In this document: piece by piece, positions 52,423-63,850 of the stretch
Layout: each line of letters begins with the position of its first letter
Numbering within the stretch: the stretch's first letter is position 1
Source of the DNA: Scyliorhinus canicula
Lineage: Eukaryota
Direction of reading: 5' to 3'
Length of the DNA stretch: 64,000 bases
NCBI RefSeq assembly: GCF_902713615.1
Contig: NC_052167.1
Location: 5,521,203 to 5,585,202, forward strand
Position numbers and translations under genes: made by a program
The notes under the pieces: model-generated
Database searches by the model: none
What the model saw: the letters and a program-made list of their open reading frames with translations, nothing else
What the model was told of the DNA's origin: nothing

Positions 52423-53145
52423 TGTTGGGAATTTGAACAGCCAGGTTCGAATACACTGGACCGAGACAGACAGCCCGGGGCCAGTCTGGGCCTGTCCTGA
52501 AAACAAGACATTGGAAAATAATCGGTTCCATTCAAATGGATCGATTGTTGTGGATTGCCCAGATGAAGGCAGACAATATGGCACGTAGATCACCTTCTAT
52601 AGAGTAAAGTGATGTGCGGACAATGTTCCTGGAAATGGTACCCTGGGGGTGGGTTTCTGTTGTCTTGCAGAGTTGCAATCGGCAACTCCATTGGGTGTTG
52701 CGACCCCCACCCCGATACCTCATTGGCTGAGAGCCGGAGAACCTTCTGGAAATACACGATTGAGGGGCATAAAGAGCGACCACCGAGGACCCTCCCGAGT
52801 GAAGACTCGACACCGAGTTAGCAGCGAAGATTCAACGTCAGACCAGAGGGCGGGAGGAAGCAATGTGTGAGACCCACCTTCACGGACGAAGACCCTGAGA
52901 TAACCTAGACTCAGAGGATTGGACCTAGAGCTGAACTGAGTTCATAGGCACGAGTAGAATTAAGAATCTTAGGAATATTACTAGTTGGGATAATTTAAGA
53001 GGGATAACTGTTTTACTGTGTTTAATAACAAATTTGGTTGAATAACAAACTTGTATTTGTCCTTTGTTCATCTCAAATGAGAGCACCCTGGGTAAAACAT
53101 TTGAGGAATAAACTGTTCAAAGTGCCTGAGGTTTTACAGACAACA
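52423..53145 (+). mobile_element. Probable solo LTR
   Basis: tgttg...caaca termini, cataaa ~52768, AT-rich 3' part with aataaa; no clean TSD. Confidence 0.45.
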
Positions 53146-54489
53146 CCCATCTGTTTAAGACAGAGGTAGCATATCGTGTGACTTTGACAGCATTAGCTAC
53201 AGACAGACCTGAAACTCAAGCAAATGGAAAATCACCATCACTTTAAAATTCACACAATCCTCGTTAAGGATGAAACATCAACAAAAATACGCCAACTGAT
53301 TCATCTTTTTGCCTCAACATAGACAATAGGGACATGAAAACTCATTGATGTTAGCCGCACATGAAACAAATTTCATCAATCTTTCATTGCGGGTGGGGGG
53401 GTCCTCATCGCATACACAACGGTGAAAATTTCACTGAGTAATTAGCTTCTAGTTGTCTTCTGAATATGCCTGTTTGGGTGACAGTACTTTGCAAGATTTG
53501 TTAACTGGGTAGTGGTCCTAAAGGGACAGGCCATGTGAATGTCAACTCTGTCGTGACCATTCAATATCATAACCTTGCTTGAGGTCTGAAGGAGTTGCCA
53601 TGGGAGATAGGGCTCCTTGAAAATCTAGATAAGGATTTTTAGTATGAGGGAAAGGTATTTTTGTTTCATTTTTAAATGGCATCCCAATCTCTCAACCCCC
53701 CCAACATGACCCCCGAACCACCCCAAAAGCCCCAATATTTCTATGTGGGGGTCCTCAGGCCCCCCAAACCCGACTCACACCAATCCCTGTCGCTGGAAGA
53801 TGCCAGCTTGGCACCAACCAGATGGCACCTGCAGTGCCAGGGTGCCTCCCTGCACAGTGAGCAAGCATCTGATCCCTGGCAGACTCCCATCTGGTCCCCG
53901 ATTGTGGAGACCAGCACTGAACAGCAGTCGCCCAAGGTCTCCGAGGTGTAGGGGTTAGATCCCAAAGCACATCATGTGGATCATGGGAGAGCATATTAGA
54001 GTGAGACTAGCTGTCTCACACCAATATGCAGATTTGCAAAACAGTGATCCCACCCACAATGGGCATGATTCAGATTGCAAGGTTGTCTCGCAAGATCGTG
54101 TTAGATCTTTCGGGCACGTTTTTTTTTAAACGTGGAGGAAAATAATCCAAAGAAGGCTATTTAGATTTAACAACAAGAAAAAACATTTATTAAACATGGA
54201 TAAATTGGATTATAATACAATACTCCTTTACTCATCCCCCTTAGTTTAACAAATACAGGGAGGTTTAAAGATTAACATGGATTACAAAGTACTTCTTAAA
54301 CAACAATGGTCCCATTAACAGAAAGTCCCTTTTAAGCACACCGAATGACTGTGGTGAAATACTCTGAACCTCAAGCGCCCCTTATGGATGTCTCCTCAGA
54401 TAATTGTCACGAGACTTTCCAAGTTCCACTTCCTCCACAAAAACACTTTAAAATCTCCTTTCACAATCATGTCCTTTCATAGAAATCGC

Positions 54490-55227
54490 AGGCGGGATTC
54501 TCCGACCCCCCCGCCAGGTCAGGGAAACACCTGGGGGGGCGGCGTGAATTCCACCCTCACCAAATTCTCCGGCGCCAGGGATTTGATGGGGGCAGGGATC
54601 GCGCTGCGCCGGTTGGCGGCCATTGGCAGCAGCCCCCCCCCCCCCCCCCCCCCCCCCCCCCGCCCCCTGCCGAATCTCCGGCCTGCGATGGGCTGAGTGG
54701 CCACCTGTTTTCGGCCAGTCCCGTCGGCGTATATTACACCAGGTTTTTGCCGGCAGTACCTGGCTGTGCGGGCGGCCTCTGGGGTCCTCGGCGGGGCGCG
54801 GGGGGGGGGATCTGACCCTGTGAGGTGCCCCCACGTTGGCCTGGCCCGCGATCGGGGCCCACCAATCCGCTGGGCGGGCCTGTGCCGTGGGGCACTCTAT
54901 TCTTCCGCGTCGGCTGCTGTGGTCCTCCGTGACGGCCGATGCGGAGATGAACCCCCCCCGTGCATGCGCTGGGATGACGCCAGCACACGCTGGTGCTCCC
55001 ACGCACATGCCAACTCGCGCCAGCTGGCAGAGGCCCTTTGGCACCGGTTGGCATGGCGCCAAACCCCTTCCCCGCCGGCCGGCACGGCACAAACCACTCC
55101 GGTACCGGCCTAGCCCCTGAAGGTGCAGAGGATTCTGCACCTTTGGGGCGGCCCGACGCCAGTATGGTTCACGCCACCCCTCGGCGCCGGAGTCGCCCGC
55201 ACGGCTGATTCCTGCAGAATCCCGCCC
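54490..55227. mobile_element. Harbinger-type MITE family A
   Basis: aggcgggattctcc / gcagaatcccgccc TIRs; flanks cgc/ctc. Confidence 0.8.
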
Positions 55228-55267
55228 CTCATTTGTAGCAGTGGTTTTCCAAATGACACTTTTAAAA

Positions 55268-55444
55268 AATAATAATTAGAGCTTATTGTCACAAGTAGGC
55301 TTCAATTAAGTTACTGTGAAAAACCCCTAGTCATCACATTCCGGCGCCTGTTCGGGGAGGCTGGAATAGGAATAGAATAGGAACTGTTGGGCTTGTTCTG
55401 CTTTACAAGCCAGCTGTCTTAGCCCACTCTGCTAAACCAGCCCC
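55268..55444 (-). mobile_element. Short tRNA-derived SINE
   Basis: Diverged reverse complement of 5455-5650. Confidence 0.8.
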
Positions 55445-55445
55445 T

Positions 55446-55642
55446 ATTACTTTATTCCTTTATCAGAGTTACAAAGCCAGAGCTCAGAGTGTGAACAGGG
55501 GCAAACCCCTAATCCAGCTCCTTGCCAGCTCCAAAAACCAATTCAAATTCAGATTGAATCCAATTCATTGTCCCCACAAGACCAGATCCAGGCACTGAAC
55601 CTGAACTCACGCTCATCTTAGCCGAAAAGGCCGAGAAGCAAT
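55446..55642 (-). pseudogene. U2: Divergent full-length U2 snRNA-like retrocopy / U2-derived SINE
   Basis: 5' attgcttctcggccttttcggctaagat vs U2 ATCGCTTCTCGGCCTTTTGGCTAAGAT; ggacaat; Sm-like ggtttttggagc; SLIII-like ggagctggattaggggtttgcccc; begins exactly at U2 +1 beside a TSD. Confidence 0.85.
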
Positions 55643-55805
55643 CAAATGACTTCTTTAAACAAGTTTACGCTCCTCTTTTAACAAGAAACCCAGTGCAGGA
55701 TTTTACACCAACAACTTTCTGCCTTGACTCCTGTACAAACTGTTCACAATTGCTGTAACTCTCGATTCTCAGTCTGTGGGTGAAATTATACATTTGGGAG
55801 ACTAA

Positions 55806-56543
55806 GGGCGCGATTCTCCGCACTCCCGACGGTGCGGAGAATAGCGTGGCTCGTAAAATTTTACGGCCATGCTGTTCCGACGCCCTCCCGCTATTCTCCC
55901 CCCCCCCCCCCACGCCCGACCCCCGATACAAATCGCTGCCGCCGTTTTTTTACGGCCGGCAGCGATTCTCAGCTGATGGATGGGCCGAGTTCCCAGCCCT
56001 TTACGGCTGTTTTTACGAACGGCAAACACACCTGGTCTAGCCGTTCGTAAAAACGGCCGTAAACTGTCGATTTTTAAAACCATGGCACCGATTGGCACGG
56101 CAGCACCACGGCCGTGCCAAGGGTGCCATGGGCCCGCGATCGGTGGGCACCGATCGCGGGCAGCGGGCCCGATGCCCGCGCACTCTTTGTCCTTCCGCCG
56201 CCCTGCAGTATCCATTCGCGGGGCGGCTGAGGGGCATCCCGGCCCGCGCATGCGCGGATTTCGCGCAAATGCGCGATGACGTCATCCGCGTATGCGCGGG
56301 TTGGAGTCTTCCAATCCGCGCATGCACGGCTGACGTCATATGACGCGTCAGCCGGCGCTAACTCTGGCTATCGGGCTTAACGAAATTCGTTAAGCCCGCG
56401 ATGCCGGAGTTTACGGCGTCGGGATGCTAGCCCCGACCGGGGACCAGAATCGGTTCCCGGTCGGGAAGGGGGGGGCTGGCGTCAAACCCGCCCGGATTTG
56501 ACGCCAGCCTTACGATTTCTCCCCCTCTGGGAGAATCGCGCCC
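55806..56543. mobile_element. PIF/Harbinger MITE (family D)
   Basis: Perfect 14-bp TIR gggcgcgattctcc; canonical TAA TSD (55803-05, 56544-46). Confidence 0.92.
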
Positions 56544-56767
56544 TAAGTGTTGACGTCGGGACTGAATTGCGTGCGGTTCGCATTCCCGTTGGAGCGCTAT
56601 CTGTGGAGCAATTCCAGACATGCTAATGGGCCAGCACGCTGCTGGTGCAAATTCCGAGCAATTCCTGACCCAGCGGGCGTTCTAATCGCTGAGTTAGTGC
56701 AAAGAGTCTGGCAGCTGGAGCTGTATTAAGCACTCCACTTACCCACACATTCACTGCAGCCACCAAG

Positions 56768-56948
56768 ATGGCTCAGATAAGACCTGCCCCCGAGATTGGG
56801 AGTCTAAAGTGGACCCACAGCTCCAGGCCAGTAAGGAGCGGAGGGACACCCTCTTCCCCAGGATAGGCCTGCCCTCATGAACACCACCTGGGAGGGGGTG
56901 GCAGAGGCAGTCAGCGCTGCCAGTCTAACTGGGAGTGACAGCTGGTGA
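56768..56948 (+). pseudogene. Myb/SANT-like (NAIF1/MSANTD-type) Harbinger accessory gene relic
   Basis: MAQIRPAP / LQASKERRDTLFP / NTTWEGVAEAVSAASLT across frameshifts; aagATGg context. Confidence 0.6.
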
Positions 56949-57482
56949 CCCGGAGGGGTAAGGGTCCCAGGGATGGTTCCAAAGGCCACGGTGCAGTGTC
57001 CTCTGGGTGGGGTGAGCTCTGCCTATCCCCTGCTTCCTCTGCAATGGGGCAGAGCTTCTGAGTTCCAACACCTGGTGGGCTCCTGATTGAGCTTGGCCCT
57101 TGATGATACAGCTGGGTCTGAGGGTATCCGGGGAGGGGGGGGGGGGTGGCCTGGGTGGGCTCCCAGATGACCAGAGGCTTCCTGAGTATTTAAAGGACAC
57201 AGTGAGCAGTCAGCAGAGTGAGCAGCCAGGAGCCTGTAAGGAGCACTAAAGGGGTGTGTTTAATAGACAGACTGCAGCGATGGGGGTCTGAGCCAGGCCA
57301 CCCCGATCCCGAGGGGGACACCCCAAGTCCACTGACTTTGCACCAAGTCACTACCTGCTACAGACCCTGGCCCGGGCAGCCATGCCTCAGCAAGCCCAAC
57401 CATTTTCAATGATTTTCCGTGTTTTTTTTGCCTCCCACTTCCCCTCTGCAGCCATGGCGCCCAGACCATGTTTGTCAATACT

Positions 57483-57707
57483 TTAAAAAATAAATTTAGA
57501 GTAGCCAATTATTTTTTTTCCAATTAAGGGACAATTTAGCATGGGCAATCCACCGAACCTGCACATCTTTGGGTTGTGGGGGTGAGGCCTACGCAGACAC
57601 GGGGAGAATGTGCAAACTCCACACGGACAGTGACCCAGAGCCGGAATCGAACCCGGGTCCCCAGCGCTGTAGGCAGCAATGCTAACCACTGTGCCACAGT
57701 GCCGCCC
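57483..57707 (-). mobile_element. Short V-SINE variant nested in the Harbinger element
   Basis: TSD ttgtcaatactt on both sides. Confidence 0.85.
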
Positions 57708-58929
57708 TTATGATTGTCAATACTTGTAGTAATTCATGCCCGTGAGATTTCCACCTGAGAGGGGTGGAGCATCGCAGAAAGGCACAACATATCATGTCCA
57801 ACCCGCTAATCACATTTAAATGCGTGCAGATACCTGTTTTATATGCCCCTGCTGGCGCAGGGCGCATACCTTGTTATCGACACCAGCGAGGAATTAGAGC
57901 ATGGTGCCTGAATCAGTGCCGGGCGCGAGCCTCAATTCTGGCTGGACACCCGATTCTCCACCTGATCAGGGTTTGCATTAGTGGTGTCGCGAGATGGAGA
58001 ATTTCATCCTGTATTAAAATATCATCAAATGTTTCATTTACCTCTGAAGTATGCTGTCCCACTTTAAATCTAGTTACTGCAATTGCCTCTTTAACCCAGA
58101 CTACAATGACTACTATTGAAGTCATTAAAGAACAGCAAGAGCACCACTAAAGCACAGGTCAGGGCACTTGTTGATTATGTGCACCATAGTTTGCACTTTG
58201 CCACAATTGCACAGGGATGAGTTACGAAGTCCTCAACTGATAAGGCTCTTGTGATCGGGTCCGACTCCAGTGCAAAACCTGTCCAGTTAGGCCCATTAGC
58301 CACATGGGAGGTCAAGGTCTGGGAATTCCAACATGGGATCATCAACCAGGTGCTGATTTAACTCAGAACACTTTTCCTACTCTTCCTTGAATTCTTCTGA
58401 ACAGTACCTTGGTCTTTGTTCGCTTAACTTCAGTCACCTTAAACATTTTTTCTATTCCAATTCCCCGGTTATCCAGATTGTATCTCATTTCATAGGAAGT
58501 TTGCATCTTTGCAACTTCCTTCTCCTGTCCAGTTTCTCCTGGCAGATTTGAGAGAGGTTAACTCCCAGTGTCCTGTCACCAACTGCAATATATCTCGCTA
58601 AAACTAAAACTTAAAAATCTTTTTCCCTTAAAAGGATCTCTAGTTGTTAAGCAACACACACATGCTTTATTTATTCTTCATGCCGTAGCCCTTTCTAACA
58701 CAATGGGAACATAGTTGGAAATTAACCAACCCCACATTTGCAATCTCTTTGTCCAGCATGAATCTAACTACAGATTTGACCCTTCCAGGGTCAGATACAT
58801 TAAATTAAATCCTCTTAAAACTAAACTGTATTTCTAATGTTCACCAATACAAATATAAAACACTTAAAAATACCTTAATTTTCCGAACATAAGTTTCTGC
58901 TCTTCATTCAACACTGTGGGTAGTCATAG

Positions 58930-61385
58930 TGTGAAAGGTTTAGAGGAAGGGAATATCTTAAAATGTGTCCAGGAAACTGTTTAGGTCAGGAGGTAGAGGA
59001 TCCTACAAGAGAAGGGGCAGCCCTGTACTTAAGTTTAGGTAACACAGCCGGGCAAGTGGTTGAAGTATCAGTGGGGTCCCTCTGGCTGAAGAAATTCCTC
59101 CTCATCTCTGTTTTAAAGGATCGTCCATTTAATCTGAGATGGTGTCCTCTGGTTCTAGATTTTCCTACGAGTGGAAGCATCCTCTCCACGTCCACTCTAT
59201 CCAGGCCTCGCAGTATCCTGTAAGTTTCAATAAGATCCCCTCTCATCCTTCTAAACTCCAACGAGTACAGACCCAAAGTCCTCGACCATTCCTCATACGA
59301 CAAGTTCTTCATTCCAGGGATCATTCTTGTGAACCTCCTCTGCACCCTTTCCAAGGCCAGCACATCCTTCCTTAGATACGGGGCCCAAAACTGCTCACAA
59401 TACTCCAAATGGGGTCTGACCAGAGCCTTATACAGCCTCAGAAGTACATTCCTGGTTTTGTGTGTGGAGCCGGAATAATGTATGTAGAGTTCTAAATGAA
59501 TACTTTGTGTCAATGTTCATTCGTGAGAGAGACTGTGTGGATATAGAAATCAGGGAGAAAGACTGTAATAAAATTAAAGAAATTAACATGGATAGAGAGG
59601 AATTACTGAATTTCTGAAAGAGCTGACAGGCTTAAAATCTCCAGGGCCGGATGAAATGAAAGGCTGGTGAGTGAGGCAAGGGAGGAAATAGTGGGGACAT
59701 TGGCAATAATTTTCAATTCCCTTCTGTGTCTGCCACAGGGGAGGAGCCGAAGGACTGGAGGATAGCCAATGTGGTACCATTATTCAAGAAGGGAACCAGT
59801 TAACCACAGGCCAGTCAGTCTAACTTCAGTGGTGGGGAAACTATTGGAAGACAGAATGAACCTACATTTGGAAAGGCAAGGATTAATCAAGAACAATCAA
59901 ACCCAGCATGGGTTTGCTCAGGGGACGTCATGTCTGTCCACCTTGATTGAAGTTTTCAAAGAGGTGACCAGGCATGTAGATGAGGTCAGTGCATTTGACG
60001 TAGTCCTTCGGGTGCTCTGGTTTCCTCCCATAGTCCAAAGATGTATGGGTTAGCTGTAAGACCATGATAAATTGCCTCCTAGTGTCCAGGGATGTACAAG
60101 TTAGGTTATGGGGTTACGGGGATGGATCGGGGTGGACGGATGAGTGGACATGGGTAGCGTGCTCTTTCAAAGGGTCAGTGCAGACTCGATGGGCTGAATG
60201 GCCTCCTTCTACAGTGTAGGGATTCTATGATTCTATGACTCTCCTTGGACTTCAGCAAGGCTTTCAATAAGGTTCCACATGGGAGGCTGATAACGAAGGT
60301 AAGAGCCCACGGGATCCAAGGAAATTTGGCAAAATTGGATCCAGAATTGGCTGCGAGGCTGAAAGCAGAGGGTGGTGGTCGAGGGTGTTTTTCTGACTGG
60401 AAGCCTGTGTCCAGTGGGGACCTTGCTATTTATGGTTTATATTAATGATTTAGACGTGAATGTAGGAGGATTGATCAATAAGTTCCCAGATGATACAAAA
60501 ATTGGTAGGGTGGTAAATAGTGAGGAGGATAGCTTCGATTACAGGAGGATATAGACGGGCTGGTCAGGTGGGCTGATCAGTGGCCAATGGAATTCAATCC
60601 GGATAAGTGTGTGGTGATGTACTTGGGCAGGGCTAACAAGGCAATGGGAATACAGGATAAACAGCAGGACTCTGGGAAGCTCCGAGGATAAGAGGGATTT
60701 TGGTGGGCATGTACACCCGTCCCTTAAGGTAGCAGAGCAGGCGAATACAGTGGTTAAGAAGGCGGATGGTAACATTGCCTTTATTAGCCGAGACATAGAG
60801 TTTAAGAGCAGGGAGGTTGTGCTGGAAATGTTGGTTAGGCCACAGCTGGAGTATTGTGCGCAGTTCTGGAATCCACATTGTAGGAGGGAAGTGATAGCAC
60901 TGGAAAGGGTGCAGAGGAGATTTACCAGGATGTTGTCTGGGTTGGAGAGTTTTAGCTATGAAGAGAGATTGGATAGACTGGGATTGTTTTCCTGGGAGCA
61001 GAAGAGAATGAAGTAGAACATGATTGAGATGTGTAAAATCACGAGGGGCATAGATAAAATGGACAGAAAAAAACATTTCCCCTTGGTGGAGGGGATCAAT
61101 GACCAGGGGGCATAGATTTAAGGTAAGGGGCAGGGGGTTTAGAGGGGATGTGAGGAAAAACCGTTTTACCCAGAGGGTGGAGGGAGTCTGGAACTCACTG
61201 CCTGAAAGGGTGATGGAGGCAGAGACCCTCATAACATTTGAGAAGTATTTAGATGTACTCTCACGATGCCAGAGCAGACAAGGCTATGGGTGAAGTGCTG
61301 GGAAATGGGATTAGAATAGTTAGGTGGTTGCTTATGACCAGGGCAGATCCGATGGGCCGATAGGCCTTTTCTGCACTGTCGACTT
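58930..61385 (+). mobile_element. Degenerate CR1 LINE ORF2 (with inserts at 59079-59460 and V-SINE ~60005-60238)
   Basis: QEVEDPTREGAAL, NHRPVSLTSVVGKLLE, DFSKAFNKVPHGRL, YINDLD..DDTKIG, LVRPQLEYCAQFWNP. Confidence 0.88.
59079..59460 (-). mobile_element. CR1 LINE fragment
   Basis: LYKALVRPHLEYCEQFWAPYLRKDVLALERVQRRFTRMIPG. Confidence 0.9.
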
Positions 61386-61934
61386 CGATGCCTGTGACGT
61401 GCTTACATGTTTATTCTATATACTGTTGCTGAAAAGCATTGACCTTGAATATTTTGTGAATATTTAGTCCATTGAAGGTTTTTGTTGCAGATTTCTCTTT
61501 GTTTGCTATTTTAATGTAAATGTTGATTTGGTCCTTTGTTAAAGAACCCTTGATATTATTCATATGACTGCATGTTAGCACAGCGAGCCACCACTTTACA
61601 TTCAACAAAGAATAGACAATATTTGTGTACAACGCGTTTGAAAGGAAATTAAACAGCCACTGGAAATGCTATTTATTTCATTTAATTACTTCGATTCTTC
61701 ATTTAATTAGTGGGAATGTCTCTTAGCTCTTGCTTTAACCAACACTTTATTCATCTGATTCAACCAGTTTTCATTGAAGAGAAACACCCATTCTGTATTC
61801 TCTTTGTAATATACTCAACATACAAACTCGGCAGCATTTATTAAAGACTTCCAACTCTTTTGCAAACGGATGCTAAATTTGACAAGGATTTAAATCCACC
61901 TGATAAGATGGAAATAATAATTATCCTGACTATA

Positions 61935-62090
61935 GCTGGGCTTTTAAAGCAGACCAAGCAGGCCAGCAGCACGGTTCGATTCCCGTACCAGCCTCCCGGG
62001 ACAGGCAGCGGTATGTGGCGACTAGGGGCTTTTCACAGTAACTTCATTGAAGCCTACTCGTGACAATAAGCGATTTTCATTTTATTTCAT
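61935..62090 (+). mobile_element. Short tRNA-derived SINE (5' truncated)
   Basis: Matches 5483-5650. Confidence 0.8.
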
Positions 62091-62712
62091 GTTGAAGATG
62101 TTGGGTTGCGGGGGGGGGGGGGGGGGGGGCAACACGAAAAATACAATTGCTGGCTTGCTCCCACTGCCAGCAATGCGATACTGACCAAATAGTCTGGATA
62201 TTTGTGACAAAGTGGGAAGTAAGAGGGGTACCATCTTGGGGGTGGTGTGCGCTGCGCATCAAACAGGGAACCACCCATAAGGGGGTACAGCCCACTTTGT
62301 ACTGCCCCCTCCCCAGTCACGAATGAACCGCCCAGCGCCCCCCCCCCCCCTCCCTCCCCCCCAGCCAGGTTCCCAGATCCCTCACTGCCCCAAAGCTCCC
62401 AACTTACCTTAGTCTGGTATCTGTGACACGTCTTCTCAGGGACTCATATGTAGTTCCAGCAATAGCCACTACAGAGCTCTGGCGCTGCTGAGACCACTCC
62501 GCTGCTGGCCACAGCTCTCAAGGACAGGGCCTGCTTTCCCTGGAGGGCCAGAAGTCCCATTCTCACCTCATTAAGGTCACCCCCCCCTCCCCCCTCCCCC
62601 CCCCCCCCCCCCCACCCCAGTGTATTATTGCTGCATGGCAGCCTTTTTTAAAAGTCGTTCAGTTTGTGTCTGACTTTTCTGCCGGGGGTGTGGTGGGATG
62701 TGAACAAATAAG

Positions 62713-62875
62713 GGCAGGTTTGGCACAGGGCTAAAGAGCTGGCTTTTAAAGCAGACCAAAGCAGGCCAGCAGCGCGGGTTCAATTCCCGTACCAGCCTCC
62801 CCGAACAGGCGTCGGAATGTGGCGACTAGGGGCTTTTCACAGTCACTTAATTTGAAGCCTACTTGTGACAATATA
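62713..62875 (+). mobile_element. Short tRNA-derived SINE
   Basis: Matches 5455-5620. Confidence 0.8.
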
Positions 62876-63044
62876 TATTTTTATATATTACCCCTCAAAC
62901 CTAGCCCTTTGAGTGCCAATCAGATGATTTTCAGAGCGATGTTCAAAACGCTGGGCTCCTTCATGGCTAAAATACAGGAGTCAAGAATCAAGAACTGGAC
63001 TCGGGCATTTTCAAATTGAAAGGCTTAGGGTAAGGCGTAACAAA

Positions 63045-63850
63045 TTTGATTTGATTTGATTTATTGTCATATGTACCAAGTACAGTGAAAAGTATTTTTC
63101 TGCGACCAATGGAACGTACACAGTACGTACATAGTAGACAAAAAGAATAATCAACAGGCAACATTGACAAATGGTACATCGATAAACAGTGATTGGTTAC
63201 AGTGCGGAACAAGGGGTCAAACAAAGCAAATACATGAGCAAGAGCAGCATGGGACTGGTTTAGCACAGTGGGCTAAATTGCTGGCTTGTAAGGAAGAACA
63301 ATGAAAGCAGCGCGGGTTAAATTCCCGCACCGGCCTCCCCAAACAAGCACTGCAATGTGGCGACTAGGGGCTTTTCACAAGTAACTTAATTGAAGCCTAC
63401 TTGTGACAATCAGCAATTATTATTATTATTATCAGAGGGCGTCATGAATAGTGTTCTTACAGGGAGCAGATCAGTCCGAGGGGGAGTCGTTGAGGAGTCT
63501 GGTAGCTGTGGGGAAGAAGCTGTTCCTATGTCTGGATGTGCGGGTCTTCAGACTTCTGTACCTTCTGCCTGATGGAAGGGTCTGGAAGAAGGCAATGCCT
63601 GGGTGGGAGGGGTCTCTGATAATGCTGTCTGCCTTCCTGAGGCAGCGGGAGGTGTATATAGAATCAATGTGGGGGTGGCAAGCTTGTGTGATGTGTTGGG
63701 CTGAGTTCACCACACTCTGCAGTTTCTTGCGATCTTGGGCCGAGCAGTTGCCATACCAGGCTGTGATGCAGCCGGATAGGATGCTCTCTATGGCACATCT
63801 GTAGAAGTTTGTGAGAGTCGATGCAGACATGCCGAATTTCTTTAGCTTCC
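63045..63850 (-). mobile_element. Rex1/Babar LINE 3' fragment with short SINE inserted (63251-63431, plus)
   Basis: LTNFYRCAIESILSGCITAWYGNCSAQDRKKLQ...LPSGRRYRSLKTRTSRHRNSFFP; (aaatc)n tail. Confidence 0.9.

Larger units (their letters stand above)
55778..58009 (+). mobile_element. Non-autonomous PIF/Harbinger element with Myb/SANT gene relic
   Basis: TIRs gggtgaaattatac / ggagaatttcatcc; TSD tgt (55775-77, 58010-12); relic ORF 56768-56948. Confidence 0.72.
54120..58889 (-). mobile_element. LTR-like element related to 46933-48074, fragmented by nested insertions
   Basis: Segments 54120-54489, 55228-55257, 55643-55777, 58010-58889; e.g. gattaacatggattacaaa and ccagcatgaatctaac are reverse complements of sequence in the first copy. 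Confidence 0.7.

Noticed and set aside
55615-55642. Interpretation as a functional U2 gene, or as a Keno/Utopia target-site fragment
   Set aside because: The upstream flank is host LTR plus TSD with no evident snRNA promoter; U2 similarity continues to the Sm site and stem III rather than switching into a retrotransposon
54448-56343. 150-230-aa ORFs
   Set aside because: Same artefact in family A and D MITEs
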